Below are positions 63,875 to 64,000 of a DNA stretch of 64,000 nt, piece by piece. How positions within the stretch are numbered: the stretch's first letter is position 1; each line of letters begins with the position of its first letter. Position numbers and translations under genes: made by a program. The notes beneath the pieces are model-generated. The model searched no databases, had not been told where the DNA came from, and worked only from the letters and a program-made list of their open reading frames with translations. Source of the stretch: Eledone cirrhosa (taxonomy: Eukaryota); NCBI GenBank assembly GCA_964016885.1, contig CAXHJY010001521.1:62001-126000 (forward strand), read 5' to 3'.

Positions 63875-64000
63875 CACACATATATATATATATATAAATA
63901 TTTGTATGTGTATATTTGTGTGTATATTTGTTTGTATGTATATATATATATTGTATTGTATGTATGTATGTATGTATGTATGTATGTACAAATAAATTAG

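Overview
AT-rich eukaryotic DNA dominated by microsatellites ((TA)n, (CA)n, (TATG)n, (GA)n, (CAA)n, (GGT)n, (TTC)n). The SINE repertoire and microsatellite load point to a coleoid cephalopod, probably Octopus (inference from recalled repeat families, not a search). Almost all ORFs in the supplied track are artefacts of translated simple repeats, and no complete host gene is visible. Four things are supported. (1) Many short cassettes inserted in (TA)n tracts carry type I hammerhead-ribozyme motifs: about ten with an intact core, three copies one substitution from consensus, several decayed, and two with a very large loop 2. They are often in fold-back arrangement, as expected for Penelope-like element termini. 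(2) Relics of RTE and Tx1-like LINEs, a Tc1/mariner transposase, MITEs and tRNA-derived SINEs. (3) Minisatellites that arose from pieces of those elements (48, 123/128, 115, 96 and 44 bp units). (4) Small unique islands that look like the 5' region of a large minus-strand gene: two ATG-initiated exons encoding signal-peptide-like leaders plus a possible 10-nt ATG microexon, all ending in a phase-1 donor, and several motif-rich promoter/enhancer candidates. All gene-structure calls are inferences that need RNA-seq.
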